Assembly: GCF_006345805.1 (NCBI RefSeq)
Contig: NC_043005.1
Span: 12,648,001-12,712,000 of the forward strand
Direction: 5' to 3'
DNA from: Octopus sinensis
Lineage: Eukaryota
DNA length: 64,000 nt
Below are positions 39,377 through 53,300 of this stretch, piece after piece; within the stretch, counting starts at the first letter, position 1, and each line of letters begins with the position of its first letter. The translations under genes and the position numbers were made by a program. The notes under the pieces were generated by a model. It was not told the DNA's origin, did not search any database, and was given only the letters and a program-made list of their open reading frames with translations.

Positions 39377-40191
39377 TAGTTTATATAATAATTTTAAATG
39401 GTTAATATGATCAACTAGAAAGTTTGTAAGACTATATGACTAATCCGGAGCGGATAGTGTACACAAATTATATAGCAGAAATTTGTCTAAATACTTACAC
39501 TTTGTGAAAATTTGGGATCCCGAGTCCAGATAGTCGATGGAGTTCTTAAATTTAATGTTAACGAATGCTGTATTGAAAATATTTTCTGAAATACAAGACA
39601 AAGATCTTCTGAAACTGAACAACTGCTTCTAAATTTTAGAGCATAGGGAGTTCTTAAGATACCCAAGTTCTCCGTGGTACCCTTAAACCTAGTATTAGTT
39701 TAAAGGATTTGTATTTTATTTCCGTTATCCTGTAGAAGTAAGAAGTAAACGTCACTCACGATATCAACTCAGAAATTTCAACGGAAACATTAAGAAACTA
39801 AAAAGAACATAAAAAACTCTTGTTTACATTCAGTTTGTCACGCTCTCTCTCTCTTTTTTTTCACCAAAAATCAAATATATCTGGAAAAAAAAACACTAAT
39901 GCTTATTTATTTACTTTTTTATTTCTCACCTAAAACTGTCTGATACTTGCTTCGGTATTTCGTCTCATCTTTACACATTAACTGTATTATGTGTATATTT
40001 AATTAAGTGCTATTTTTATGATTACTATAATCAGTGTTATTAATGTGTCCCTATTCAAGAGTAAATAATGTTGATAATACCTATTTTGTATCTAATTGTA
40101 AATAATACGTAAACATTTTCATCATATTCTATTTTTTCTTCATTATTTTCATGTAATTATTGTTCATCTTTTCATTGTTGCTGTTGTTTGT

Positions 40192-40255
<64 letters not shown>

Positions 40256-40409
40256 TCATGATATGAGATCTCCATGTTGTGCACATATGGTTGTGTTGCA
40301 TCTGCCTGGCGTTACCTTGTCAGACGGCTAGTCATGATGGGTATACTGGGCATCGTATATTTTACCTCAGTGTCATTTTGATGGCATGCACTGCTCTCTC
40401 ACTCGATAA
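40256..40409 (+). mobile_element. 5'-truncated copy (last ~150 bp) of the (AAT)n-associated retroposon
   Basis: Aligns to 41000-41149; flanked by (AAT)n on both sides. Confidence 0.8.
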
Positions 40410-40432
40410 TACTAATAATAATAATAATGATA

Positions 40433-40508
<76 letters not shown>

Positions 40509-40522
40509 TAATAATAATAATG

Positions 40523-40591
<69 letters not shown>

Positions 40592-40593
<2 letters not shown>

Positions 40594-41149
40594 GCCCTGA
40601 TGCAGTACCAGGCAGTGGCTCTCATGGCTTCTGATCTTAACTGATTGGAAGTGTTATCATGTACATTGTTTTGTCTTGGTATAAAAGATGGGCTACAGCA
40701 AATATTCTGCTCAATACCACAGATTTGCTTGTCAGTTGTTTGACCTTAACCAGTTGAGCATGTCCCTTAGTGGCTGACGATATGTGCATCTCTGATCACG
40801 AGCAGAAGTAGTGGGGGAGCATCATAGCCATGTGTTGAGAGGGATTCTTTGGGGTTTGAATAATTCACCTCTGGAAACATAGGTGGTTTTTTCAACATCC
40901 TTAAACAACCCTTATTCAGGGACCGTTTGAGCGGGATGGGCTACTCAACCTGAAGAAAATTCTAACTGGGCCCCACCTGCAAGGTCATGTGCTGTTTATC
41001 TTGATATGAGATCACTATGTCGCGCACATATGGTTGTGATGCATGTGTCTAGTGTACCCTTATCAGACGGGTAGTCATGATGGGTATATTGGGCTTCGTA
41101 TATTTTACCCCAGTGTCACTTTGATGACATGAACTGCTCTCTCACTCAA
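40592..41149 (+). mobile_element. Unclassified ~555-bp retroposon, full-length, embedded in (AAT)n
   Basis: gccctgatgcagtaccaggcagtggctctcatgg ... ctgctctctcactc|aataataat; no ORF and no clear tRNA head. Confidence 0.85.
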
Positions 41150-41180
41150 TAATAATAATAACAATAATAATAATAATAAT

Positions 41181-42218
41181 CTCGTGCAGGATACCCAAAC
41201 TGAACAACCCGAGGGAAGTACGGCAACTAGTGTTGCAAAGAAGGTGAAAATAATGGCAACGAAAAAAGCGCACGAGCAATTGGCTGATAGGTGGGAGGAG
41301 AAACCTCTGCACGGCAAATATGTGGCCCGCAGCAAACAAGCTGATGTTGACCAGAAGCAAACCCATCAGTGGCTACGGAGCTCAGGGCTAAAAGCAGAGA
41401 GCGAAGGTTTCATCCTGGCTGCTCAAGATCAAAGCCTATTAACCCGGAACTACCAGGCCAATGTGATGAAAAATGGAGCAGACCCAAAATGCCGATTCTC
41501 CAACGACATGATTGAAACAGTGGACCACCTAATCTCTGGACGTAAAGTCTTAGTACCAGTGGAGTATAAATTAAGACATGACAGAGTTGGCCAATATCTA
41601 CACTGGCTAATAAGTCGGCATTACAATATCAAAACTGCCGACAAGTGGTATAATCACCACCCTGTGGCTGTAACTGAAGGAGAAAATGTAACGATTCTGT
41701 GGGACTCTCCAGTACATACAGACCAAACCATCAAGGCCAATAAACCAGATATTGTTGTGAAAGACAAAAACAATAAAGTTTGCTTATTGATCGACATGAG
41801 CATCCCCTGTGATCATATCTCAGCGAAAGAGTTTGACAAGCTCAGAAAATATAAAGACCTACTCATTGAAATTGAGAAAATGTGGCATCTCAAGGCGGTT
41901 ACAATACCAGTGATCGTAGGAGCACTAGGAATGATCAAGAAGGGAACCGAAAATTATATGAGAATGATGCCTGGCTTACCATCCCTGCAAGAAGTGCAAA
42001 AGATTGTCTTAACTGGTACATCACACGTATTGAGAAGAGCATTGTCGATGTGAGAACTGTTGCTGCTCATGTATTTTATTTTAACTTAAAAAAAAAATGA
42101 ACGAACTATTGAGTTTGGTTTAATGGCCTACCAATGTATACTATGAGTTTCTTTGCCCTAGGAGTCGGGAAGACACTCGGCAAGAAATGGAAGCAAATTT
42201 GAAAGAAGAAAAAAAAAG
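41181..42218 (+). mobile_element. 5'-truncated R4/Dong-type retrotransposon; open 289-aa C-terminal frame at 41184-42053
   Basis: KPLHGKY, LKAESEGFILAAQDQ, degenerate knuckle CRFS..ETVDHLISGR, RHD, KPDIVVKDK..LIDMS, VGALG, GTSHVLRRAL; both ends in (AAT)n. Confidence 0.92.
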
Positions 42219-42250
42219 TATAATAATAATAATAATAATAATAATATTAA

Positions 42251-42613
42251 TTGATGTATCAATATCGGCAGATGACAACGTGTCTCTAAAAGAAATGGAG
42301 AAACTCTAAAAATACAAAGACCTGGAAATAGAGGTAACTAGAATGTGGAATCTGAAAACAGAAACAATTCCTATCATAGTAGGTGCATTAGGCATGATAA
42401 AAAAATATTCAGACAAATACATAACAAGAACACCAGGACTTACAAACACATATAACATACAGAAAATTGCACTACTAGGCACTGCACACATCCTACGCAG
42501 AACACTTTCCATACAATAATCATCAGAGCATCGTAACAAATCACAGCACATACCCAAGGCACACAGAGCTGCGCTCGGTAGTGAAGTGAAAGCACGCTAT
42601 AAATATAAAACTA

Positions 42614-42617
<4 letters not shown>
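42251..42617 (+). mobile_element. Short 5'-truncated R4/Dong fragment from a different subfamily
   Basis: IDVSISADDNVSLKEMEKL*KYKDLEIE..IVGALG..IQKIALLGTAHILRRTLSIQ* (stop about 42519); flanked by (AAT)n. Confidence 0.9.
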
Positions 42618-42664
<47 letters not shown>

Positions 42665-43334
42665 CCTAGTGGTTAGGGTGTTGCAGTCACGATCATGAGT
42701 TTTCAATTCGTAGACACGATTGAACAGAGAATAATAGTGCTTCGTAAATGTGGTTTACAAGAGAAAAAAAAACACAATCAAATGAGAACATTTTGTCGGA
42801 GGTTTGAAAGTTCCAAAGCTGACCCATCCGACAGGGTACAGCCTTTCACAATTAATCACTGGGGCCCAAGAATGTAAAAAGTAACGCACCAACGTCTTGG
42901 CAAGATCACAGCTTTTTTTTTCTTTTTTCTTGTACCATTCAAGTAAGAGTTGCAAACAACCCTGACATATATTTTAAGAGAAATGCTTCATTGGATGAGG
43001 GCAACATATGGTATCATATATGTTAACTTTACAACAAAGGACGGGACGAAAACGCAATCCAAATAGTATGCGACATGCTTGCTCCTAAACTGGTTCAGCA
43101 GTTATTTGGGAAGAAGGAGTACAAAAGTCACAGCTAAAAATATTGGTGACAATATCAGTTCTTGGCTACTAGTGGGCTTGCGGTACAATATGAGCCGGAG
43201 ATCAGCTTAAGTGTAACATTTAAAGATATGGCTAGTGGGATAATAGCAGGCATACAGACTTTCCTGAACGCATAAAACTTCAAAATAATAGCAGAAATGT
43301 GCCCTGTATATATTGCTCAGAGTAAATAATCCTT

Positions 43335-43955
43335 TCCTTTCTACTATATGCACAAGATCCGCAATTTCGTGGGAGGGAGCTAGTCGATTACATTGACCCC
43401 AGTGCTCCAGTGGTACATCCCGAAAGGATGAAAAAAAAAATTCAACTTCAGCGGAATTTGAACTCGAAACGTAGAGAGGGACGAAATACCGCTAACGATT
43501 CTGTCAATTCTTTTCTACTCTAAACACAAGGCCCGAAATTTTGGGGGAGGGGCCAGACGATAAGATCGACCCCCGCACGCAACAGGTATTCATTTAATCG
43601 ACCCTGAAAGGATGAAAGGCAACGTCGTCCTCGGCGGAATTTGAACTCAGAAGTAAAGACCGCAGCTTGCTAAGGTTTCTTATTTTTTTATAGCCCACAA
43701 GTGGCTAAACATAGAGGAGACAAACAAGGACAGACAAAGGGATTGAGTCAATTTCATCGATCCCAGTGCGAAACTGGTACTTAATTTATCGACCCCGGAT
43801 AAAGCCGACTTCTGCGGAATTTGAACTCAGAACGCAGCGGCAGACGAAATACCTATTTCTTTACTACCCACAAGGGGCTAAAAACAGAGGGGACAAACAA
43901 GGACAGAAAAACGGAAAAGTCGATTACATCGACCCCAGTGCGTAACTGGTACTTA
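43335..43955 (-). mobile_element. Array of headless family B SINE units
   Basis: Repeated gaatttgaactc..., type-1 and type-2 tails, and junction gacgaaatacctatttctttac at about 43850. Confidence 0.8.
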
Positions 43956-44844
43956 TTTCCTACGGCTTTCTCTTAAGTTATAATATTTATTTAGGCTTTC
44001 CTCTGAGTAAGGGAAAATATAATGATTCAACGTCACTTATACTCAAGTGTTATCATCATATCTAAAACCCTAACTGCAGTTATAACGTCATATAGACATA
44101 TACGCATGGAACGCTACATCAACGACCATGTATGTTGAATATTTTAATCGTGTCCTTTAAACCGCTATAAGAAACATAAATCAAACATTTCAGAAATGCA
44201 TATTTATCTATGCTCAGTTGAAAAACAAACGTGAAGAGAAACATATTCTTTTAAATTATTTTTATCTAAAAATATAACATTTTTTGTTATTTACAGTTAG
44301 AAAGATAATTTCGTCGTGAAGGAAAACGACTGTAATTTCCTTAGCTAATTTCTTCTTTCTATCTAATACATTAACCAACAAATCAAAATAGATTTGTGAC
44401 TAACGTAGACATGGCATAAAATTTACCGATGTCTCCAAATCTAGCGTTTTCATAACTGCTCAATTCAGGACAAACATTCTTTTCGAAACTTCTAGAATCT
44501 TTATATGAGCAGTTATAATAACCAATGGGAAAAAAAACGAAAAGGATAATTCTTCGGCAAAGACATTACGTCATATTGCCAATTCGCGCCACAATTCAAA
44601 ATGGCTAAAATGGCTATTGCTACATCAGCCTCTCGCCAGAAAAATTGTTAAAATTTTGCGAAAGGAAATTCGTAATACATATTTTTTTTATACAACATTT
44701 GAATTAATGGTTATAACATATAAATATATACAAATGCATTTATAATTTACATGTTAAACATATGAAATTAGCCTTTCCAATACGGCTTACAATTATAATG
44801 TTCATATACAGTTCATTTCATTTCACTGGAAATTTTTTTTTTTT

Positions 44845-45735
44845 TTACATATATATAATCCAGGAATATAAACAAAACTTTTTGAAAATCCTCAAACAAA
44901 CTGAGAAAGTTTTTTTTGGAAAATGTACCATTCTGCCACTTCTAGTCTTTTTCACATTTGTAGGTAATTTCAAAATTGACTTTGTTTTTTCATTAACATT
45001 GGATTTGTTTCTTTGAATATCACTTTGTTTCAAGTTATGTTGATATGCATTGCTCATATCTTCATTTTCATGACATGAATGTTGGTCGAAATAAGCTTTT
45101 TTTACTCCGTCGACACTGACAATTTCTTTTTTACCATTCATCTCCAAAGTCATAGTTTTGTCTCTAACTGACAAGACTTTAAACGGTCCGGTGTATTTAT
45201 ATTTCAGTGAATTATGAGCAGCATCGTTACGTACAAATACATATGTCCAAGATTTTATATCAGAAGGAACAAAGCTTTTAAATTTTTGCAATTTTCTTGT
45301 AAAAGAAGGAATATCAGTAAGAAATCTCTTAAGACGAGTTACATAATCATTAACATCTCCATTTAAAATATGTTTTCTTCGAACATTTGACCAGGTAGAG
45401 TTAATGTTGTTCCGTACACAAGTTCAGCAGGAGAATATTGTATATTTTCTTTAACAGCACTTCTAATTCCTAGTAATACGACTGGTAAGGCTTCTAGCCA
45501 ACTGTTAGAACCAGAATAAGTTCTTAATGAAGATTTCAACTGCCTATGGAACCTTTCTATCATTCCGTTAGATTGTGGGTGATATGAAGTTGTACGAATT
45601 CTATTAATCCTCAACAATTTATTGAATTCTGCGAACAGGCTAGACTCAAATTGTCTACCACGATCTGTTGTCACTGTATTTGGTATGCCAAATCTCGACA
45701 TCCAATTGGTAAATAATGTTTTCGCTATAGTTCCT
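44845..45735 (-). pseudogene. Ty3/Gypsy integrase relic (core and GPY/F region)
   Basis: WMSRFGIPNTVTTDRGRQFES..TTSYHPQSNGMIERFHRQLK..SPAELVYG; after a break, VFVRND..YTGPFKVL. The 5' part is cut by a SINE. Confidence 0.9.
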
Positions 45736-45737
45736 TT

Positions 45738-46012
45738 TACTTTATCGACCCTGAAAGGATGAAAGGCAAAGTCGACCTCGGCGGAATTTGAAATCAGAAT
45801 GTAAATGCTGACGAAATATGGCTACGCATTTCGCCCGGCGTGCTAACGTTTCTGCCAGCTCGCCGCCTCAGAAAGGGTGCATAATCTTTTCTACTCTAGG
45901 CACAAGACCTAAAATTTGGGGGAGAGGGCCAGTCGATTAGATCGACCCCAGTACGCAACTGGTATTTTACTTGTCGACCCCGAAAGGATGAAAGTCATAG
46001 TTGACATCGGCT
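45738..46012 (-). mobile_element. Two family B SINE units
   Basis: Head at 45866; the second unit is flanked by near-identical tcagaaagggtgcataat / tgagaaagggtacataat. Confidence 0.8.
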
Positions 46013-46943
46013 GAGAAAGGGTACATAATAAAAGGAAAAGAAAGACAAGCAGAAAAAAAAGTAATTTAAAAATACGGTAGCAAAGATAAACTTGAATTGA
46101 AAGCAAGTTAGGAAATTAAAGAAAGAAAGAAAGAAAATAAATAATAAAAATAAAATGAAACAAAGAAGTAAAGCAGAAAAACAAGGGTATGCAACAAAAA
46201 AGTGAATAATGAATAAAAAAAAAGAATGAAAAGATTAATAAAATTGAAAACGAAAGAAAAAATCAAATAGGAAAGAAAAAGAATGGAAGGAAGTAAGGAA
46301 TGAAGGAAGGAAGGAAGGAAGGAAGGAAGTTAGGAATATACGACAATAAGAGAGAGAGAGAGAGAGAGTAAGGGAACGAAAAGAAAGGAAAAGCATGTCT
46401 AAGTTGGTAGGAAGAAAAAGAGAGAGTAAGTATAATGAGAGGGGGAAAGGTGAGAGACAGAAAAAGTTGAAGGAGAAAGAAAGAGAGAGTATAAGGGGAG
46501 TAGGAGAGGGGGACGAAAGGAAAAGTTAGGTGTGGTGAGAAACGGTGGCGGCTCAGCTGGAATCAATTGAAAGTCTTCGGGGACTCTTCTCAGATTTTAA
46601 AACCAAAGAATGGTAAATATGACGGAAGAATGCACAACCAATGAAATGTGTTCTGGAGAAGATCTTTTGTTACAACTGTCATGTCATCTATGATGAATTG
46701 ATAAAACTGGGAGTGGCGATGATAAACATGACTTATTATGTGTGACCATTAGAACGTGTCAACGTGTGTGTGTGTGTGTGTGTGCGTGTACACGCTTGTG
46801 TGTGAGTATGTAGAGTACATTTGGGATATACATATATATATATATATATAATAATAATAATATTAGGGAATAAATCCAAACTTACAGGGAAATATTAGAT
46901 TTAGGATTAAATCCAGTTTTATAGTATAAATATATTATATTAT

Positions 46944-47120
46944 ATTATATTAAATTAGAGATAAAACCACTATTAGGCAAATCAAAGAGTGAAAAACATA
47001 AGCCAAAACATAAAATTTTAATTTTTAACTTTTATATTTTAAAATTAATTTTATGTATTTGCTTATGTTTTTCACTGTTTGATTTGCCTAATAGTGGTTT
47101 TAGCTCTAATTTAATATAAT
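46944..47120. repeat. Long inverted repeat (60-bp arms, 2 mismatches)
   Basis: 46944-47003 versus 47061-47120; pairing extends a further ~14 bp inward. Confidence 0.9.
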
Positions 47121-47136
47121 ATATATATATACATCG

Positions 47137-47830
47137 CGGCGAGCTGGCAGGAGCGTTAGCGCGCCGGGCGAAATGCTTAGCGGTATTTCGTCTGTCGTTA
47201 CGTTCTAAGTTCAAATTCCGCCGAGGTAGACTTTGCCTTTCGTCCTTTCGGGGTCTATAAATAAAGTACCAGTTTTGCACTGGGGTCCATGTAATTGACT
47301 TAAACCCTTTGCCTGTCCTTGTTTAGCCTCTATGTTTAGCCCCTTGTGGGTAGTAAAGAAATATATATGTGTATGTATGTATGTATGTATGTATGTATGT
47401 ATGTATGCATGTATAGGAGGCGCAGGGGTGACTGTATGGTAAGAAGCTTGCTTCTCCACCACATGGTTCCGGGTTCAGTCCCACTGTGTGGCACCTGGGC
47501 CATATGTCTTCTGCTATAGCCTCGGGCCGACGAAAAACTTGTGAGTGCATTTCGTCGACGGAAACCGAAAGAAGCCTGTCGTATACACATATGTGTATAT
47601 TTGTGTGTGTGTGTGTGTCATTGTAACTGATTGTCCTCGCACGATCGCTTGATAACCGACTTTAGTGTGCTTATGTCCCCGTAACTTATCGCTTCGGCAA
47701 AAGAGACCGATAGAATAAGTACTAGGCTTACAAAGAATAAGTCCTGGGGTCAATTTCTTCGACTAAAACCCTTTGAGGTGGTGCATGGCCGCAGTCAAAT
47801 GATTGAGACGTATAAAAGTGTGAAAGAGTA
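47137..47830 (+). mobile_element. SINE family B (47137-47361) followed by SINE family A (47417-47830)
   Basis: Both heads and tails are recognisable. Confidence 0.85.
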
Positions 47831-47847
47831 ACATATATATATATGAC

Positions 47848-48146
47848 CGTGATCGACCAGGCTATCAGATGTTGCTACACATCGCTGGTCACAATGGGCT
47901 TCGCATTGTTTTAGCCTTCAAATGACGCCACCCCGCTGGCTAAGCGAACAGGCCAACAGAAGAAAGAGTGAGAGAAAGTTGTGGCGAAAGAGTACAGTAG
48001 CGATCGCCTCCACTCCCTGCCGGAGCCTCGTAGAGCTTTAAGGTGTTTTTCGCTCAATAAACACTCACAATGCCCGGTCTGGGAATCGAAACCGTGATCC
48101 TACGACCACGAGTCCGCTGCCCTAACCACTGGGCCATTGCACCGCC
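47848..48146 (-). mobile_element. tRNA-derived SINE family D (head GGCGCAATGGCCCAGTGG)
   Basis: Homologous to 61077-61480. Confidence 0.8.
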
Positions 48147-48249
48147 ACACACACACACATATATATAAGTTCCGGGTTCAGTCCCACTGTGTAGCACCTG
48201 GGCCATATGTCTTCTGCTATAGCCTCGGGCGACGAAAGACTTGTGAGTG

Positions 48250-49350
<1,101 letters not shown>

Positions 49351-50222
49351 TTTATTAGAAGCAATATCATGAGATTTGGTAAAGGAAAACTTAAATCAAG
49401 ATGACAGCTGACAATTATGGGGGCCGACCACTAGCAGATGTTACTGAAACAGGGGAAATCTTATCTTGTAGCACTATAGTTAAATATTTTAAACAATATT
49501 GCGATATTGTATAAAGTTAAAGTTTAGGGTTATTCAGAGGATTATTAAGGAGAATATTATAACAAAAGGATAAAAAATTTTTTGAATACCTTTGAGTATA
49601 TACCAAACTTTTACCACCATAGAGGGAAGAAAAGAAATTATCTAGAAATAGTTAAATATTTATCTATATTATATTATCAGATGGTATCAGATGGTATCTT
49701 TGAATATTGATCAATTGGTATATACTGGTATTTAATAATGGAGTACTGAGGTAAAAGAACAAGCTAACTATATATTAATTAAATTATAATCTAAGCAGTT
49801 TATTTTAAGTAGTGAATATACCAGTATTGTTTTATATAAGCTAAGTATGAATTTATAGAGGTACAAAAATTAGATTTATTTAATAAATACATAAAGGCTA
49901 TTATAAAATGTTAAAGAAATAAAATACTCAGGTCGGGCAGAACACCATCGAAAAGGAATAAAATAGCTTAATCACTAAAAACATGATAAATTATTATTAA
50001 CATTAATAGAGAAAAGCTTATTAACAATAATAGAGAAAATTTATAGAAAATGTATAATAATTCAAAATCTGTAAGAAGTCTTTCTTCCTGATACCTTAGT
50101 AGCTTCTAAGCTGAAGTGAAGGCAGCATGTTCTTTGTATGTCTCCTTAACCTCTTGGAGATTTTAAGTAAAATTATACTAATGTGTCCATCTGTTTTAAT
50201 TTTATTAAATTCTGTGTCTTTG

Positions 50223-50308
50223 TGCAGCTGAGGATTGCTCTGCATTTAAATTGATGAAATGGTTTCATTGTTCAATTAATAGGAGTTGCGTGAAACGATC
50301 GTACTGCA
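50223..50308 (+). ncRNA. Type-I hammerhead motif with extended helix II
   Basis: ugcag CUGAGGA uugcuc..[~45 nt]..gaguugcgu GAAA CGAUCG UA cugca: 5-bp helix I, ACGAUCGU palindrome, GUA triplet; base of helix II imperfect. Confidence 0.6.
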
Positions 50309-50309
50309 A

Positions 50310-53300
50310 TTTCCAGTAATAGTAACCATTTTAAAAAGTTTTTCTGCTGTTCAGTTACACGCAAATTCCAACTTACTCTTTGAAAAGCTGCTTAAGATGA
50401 GAGCATGCAACTAAAAAAAAATTATTAATAATAGTTTTGTATCTCAAGGAAATACACAAAAACTGGTCTGAATTCCACATTAAGTACACCTTGCCTCTAA
50501 AATGTTTTATTACACCTGTAATACCTAACTCTTCATCAATCACAATTTTTGGTTTCGCAAAGAGTTGGTCTCACCAGAGTTCGGTGTTACATCGAAGATA
50601 CCTCATATTTTCGGAGGTACTGGTAATTTTAAAATGTTGAGGACTCTTCTTCTCCAGTCAGGAACATAGCAACAATGTTTATCCACGCTGTACATATGTG
50701 ATGATGTTTTTTTTCTCCTCAGATATATGCGTGGTTCTGTAGGAAGTTGCTTGCTTCCCAACCACAAGTTTCGGATTCAGTCCCACTGGGTGGCCCCTTG
50801 AGCAAGTATCTTCTACTATAGCCTTGTGAGTGGATTTGGTTGAGGATACTGAAAGAAGCCTGTCGTGTGTGTGTGTGTGTGTGTGAATATGTGTGTGTGT
50901 GAATACGTGTGTGTGTGAGTATGTGTGTGTGAGTATGTGAGTGTGAGTATGTGTGTGTGTGTGAATATGTGTGTGTGTGAATACGTGTGTGTGTGAGTAT
51001 GTGTGTGTGAGTATGTGAGTGTGAGTATGTGTGTGTGTGAGTATGTGGGTGTGTGTGAGTATGTGTGTGTGTGAGTGTGTGTTTATGTGCGTGTCTGTGT
51101 TTGTCCCCCACCATCACTCGACCATCGGTGTTGGTGTGTTAATGTTCTTACACAGAATAAGTCCCGGGATCTATTTCTTGGACTAAAAACCTTTTAAAGA
51201 TATGCTCCAGTATGGGCGCAGTCAAAATGACTGAAACAAGTTAAAGAATAAACGAATAGGGAAAAGATATTTTAGCACATCCTTGTGAAACATTAATATT
51301 ATGGCAGCTAGTAGAGTGATTCTTTCTTTGGTAACTAACTCAACATAATCAATAACCATTTCCATAATTAATCAATGTTCAGCAACGAGACTTTTTGACA
51401 TTTGAATGGAAGATTCCTTATTAATTGTTCGATGAACGTCTTCGAGATTTCGGCAAACGAATACTTTTACAAATAGTTCCATTTTCATTCAGGAGTTCAT
51501 TTATTTAATGTAGTGCCATATTTTTCGATTGCTCCAGCTTGATTACTCTTAACAAAAACTTTTCTCTCGTTGTTTGTTTTATATCTATTACAGAGCAACA
51601 TTACAAATATGGATGGTAATGTGCACAGCAGACTGCAAATATAGGATATTCAAACCCGATTTGATATTCTAAAGGTGGAATATTCAGTCACAGAAGTTTC
51701 GAATTCTTCATAATTTTCATGATAATTTAAGACAAATGCATATACTCGGGGAAATAAATATCATTTTCCCTTTAACAGTTTTCTGATCAACATAGCTTGT
51801 TACGGGAAAGTGTAGCAACAGCAAACGAGGGCAAACGTGGGGGGGGGGGGTCGGGGATGGTTCCATTGAAAACATAATTACTGTATCATGACTCAAGAAA
51901 TTACGTGCATTCGCGTCAAGACTATTCAACCTAAACTATGAAGTTAGCAGTAGTGCCGTGGTTCTGTTTTGGCTGCTTGGTGAGGTTCAGTTTTCCGAAT
52001 GTATACTACGAGTTGATCTGTAATGAGGATGTCGAGTTTTGTAAACTGAGTGAAGTGTATCGTTCATACCGTATTGTGACAACGGCTTCGTCGTTTCAGA
52101 ACGATGCTTTTCTACAAGTCATATTTGACTAACAGCTAAATCATTTTCCAGCCAAAGTTGTTGATAGAAACTGGTACGATGATAGAAGATAAGTCAGCTT
52201 TGCTTGTTATTTTTATAAAACTACGAGGTCTTTTTTTATTTGTAAGCGTATTTAAATTTATGTGTAAGAAGTAGTGAAAGATATATTCACAGATGAAAGT
52301 GGGACTGGTACGTCAGCGGTAATGTGTTATATGATATCACGTAGCGATTTAATCAATGAAAAGACGTCCATCTTGTATTCCAATTCTGCTATCACGCTAG
52401 TGATATTCAGATTATCCTTTTACATTTTTAAAAAGTTTCGTCTAGGAATATTCAATGAACTTTCTTTTTACTTGAACTATTTTCCGTTCAAGGGGATAAG
52501 AAATTGTTAACGCCACAGGATCCGCGTATAATGTATTTCTTCGCGAGTTCATGTATTTCGCTTATTTCCCCGTCTGGAATTTCTACTGAGACTAATCTAC
52601 CAGAATAATTTCAATTTCTTATTTTATTCATATTACAGTATAACAATAAAGAAGACCTCGTTAGTAAGATTCTGTTACATGGACGTGCACAGCCGGAAAA
52701 CCAATCATTCAATATCTCAGCAATGTGAGTTTTGCACATTCTAGCCATTAAGTGTTGCATTATTTTCCACATTCATATGTAGTATATCTACCATTTGTGG
52801 ACATTTTGTAATATAGGTAAACGTTACAAAAATGTCCATCTTGCAGAATTTAGCTGCAATTAATAAAGAATCTTGAAATTGGACATTCATTGATTGAAGA
52901 ATGAATCATATTTCGTACATCTTCTTCTTCGGTTAGATCTTCTTTACCAGCCAAGTAGTTCCTTGAGCCTACAGTCACGAGCATCTGAGGCTGCATTTCT
53001 TAAAATTGTAAATGGTATCCTTCGATCTGAACGTACGCGTCGATTAAATAGAAAATTTTCTCTAATTTCTTCTTCATTTTCAAAGCACCTTTAGTTGGTG
53101 ACCACCGTAGTTATTTATCAAAACACATCATATAACAGTGTTACCTAATCAAAACGATAATAGGTTTATGAAACCCTTATTAGCGATCTTATATTGCTTA
53201 AGATGCTTCTATATTCTTGAAGGACTCTGTTTTCCTTGATAAACGTAGTACCGATCTCATTACTTGTAGCTAAGCCTCGTCTCTTGTGCAGTTCATATAT

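Noticed and set aside
40592-41149. HDV-like ribozyme or snRNA origin for the 555-bp element
   Set aside because: A manual attempt gave partial P1/P2/P3-like pairings but no J4/2 catalytic C, and I saw no match to recalled U1-U6, U11, U12, 7SL or 7SK sequences.
44400-44830. Possible 3' LTR of the Gypsy relic
   Set aside because: No clear polypurine tract, TG...CA ends or second LTR copy in the window.
51938-52132. 64-aa ORF with a signal-peptide-like start (MKLAVVPWFC)
   Set aside because: It lies antisense to the decayed Helitron RepHel sequence, so it is most likely incidental.
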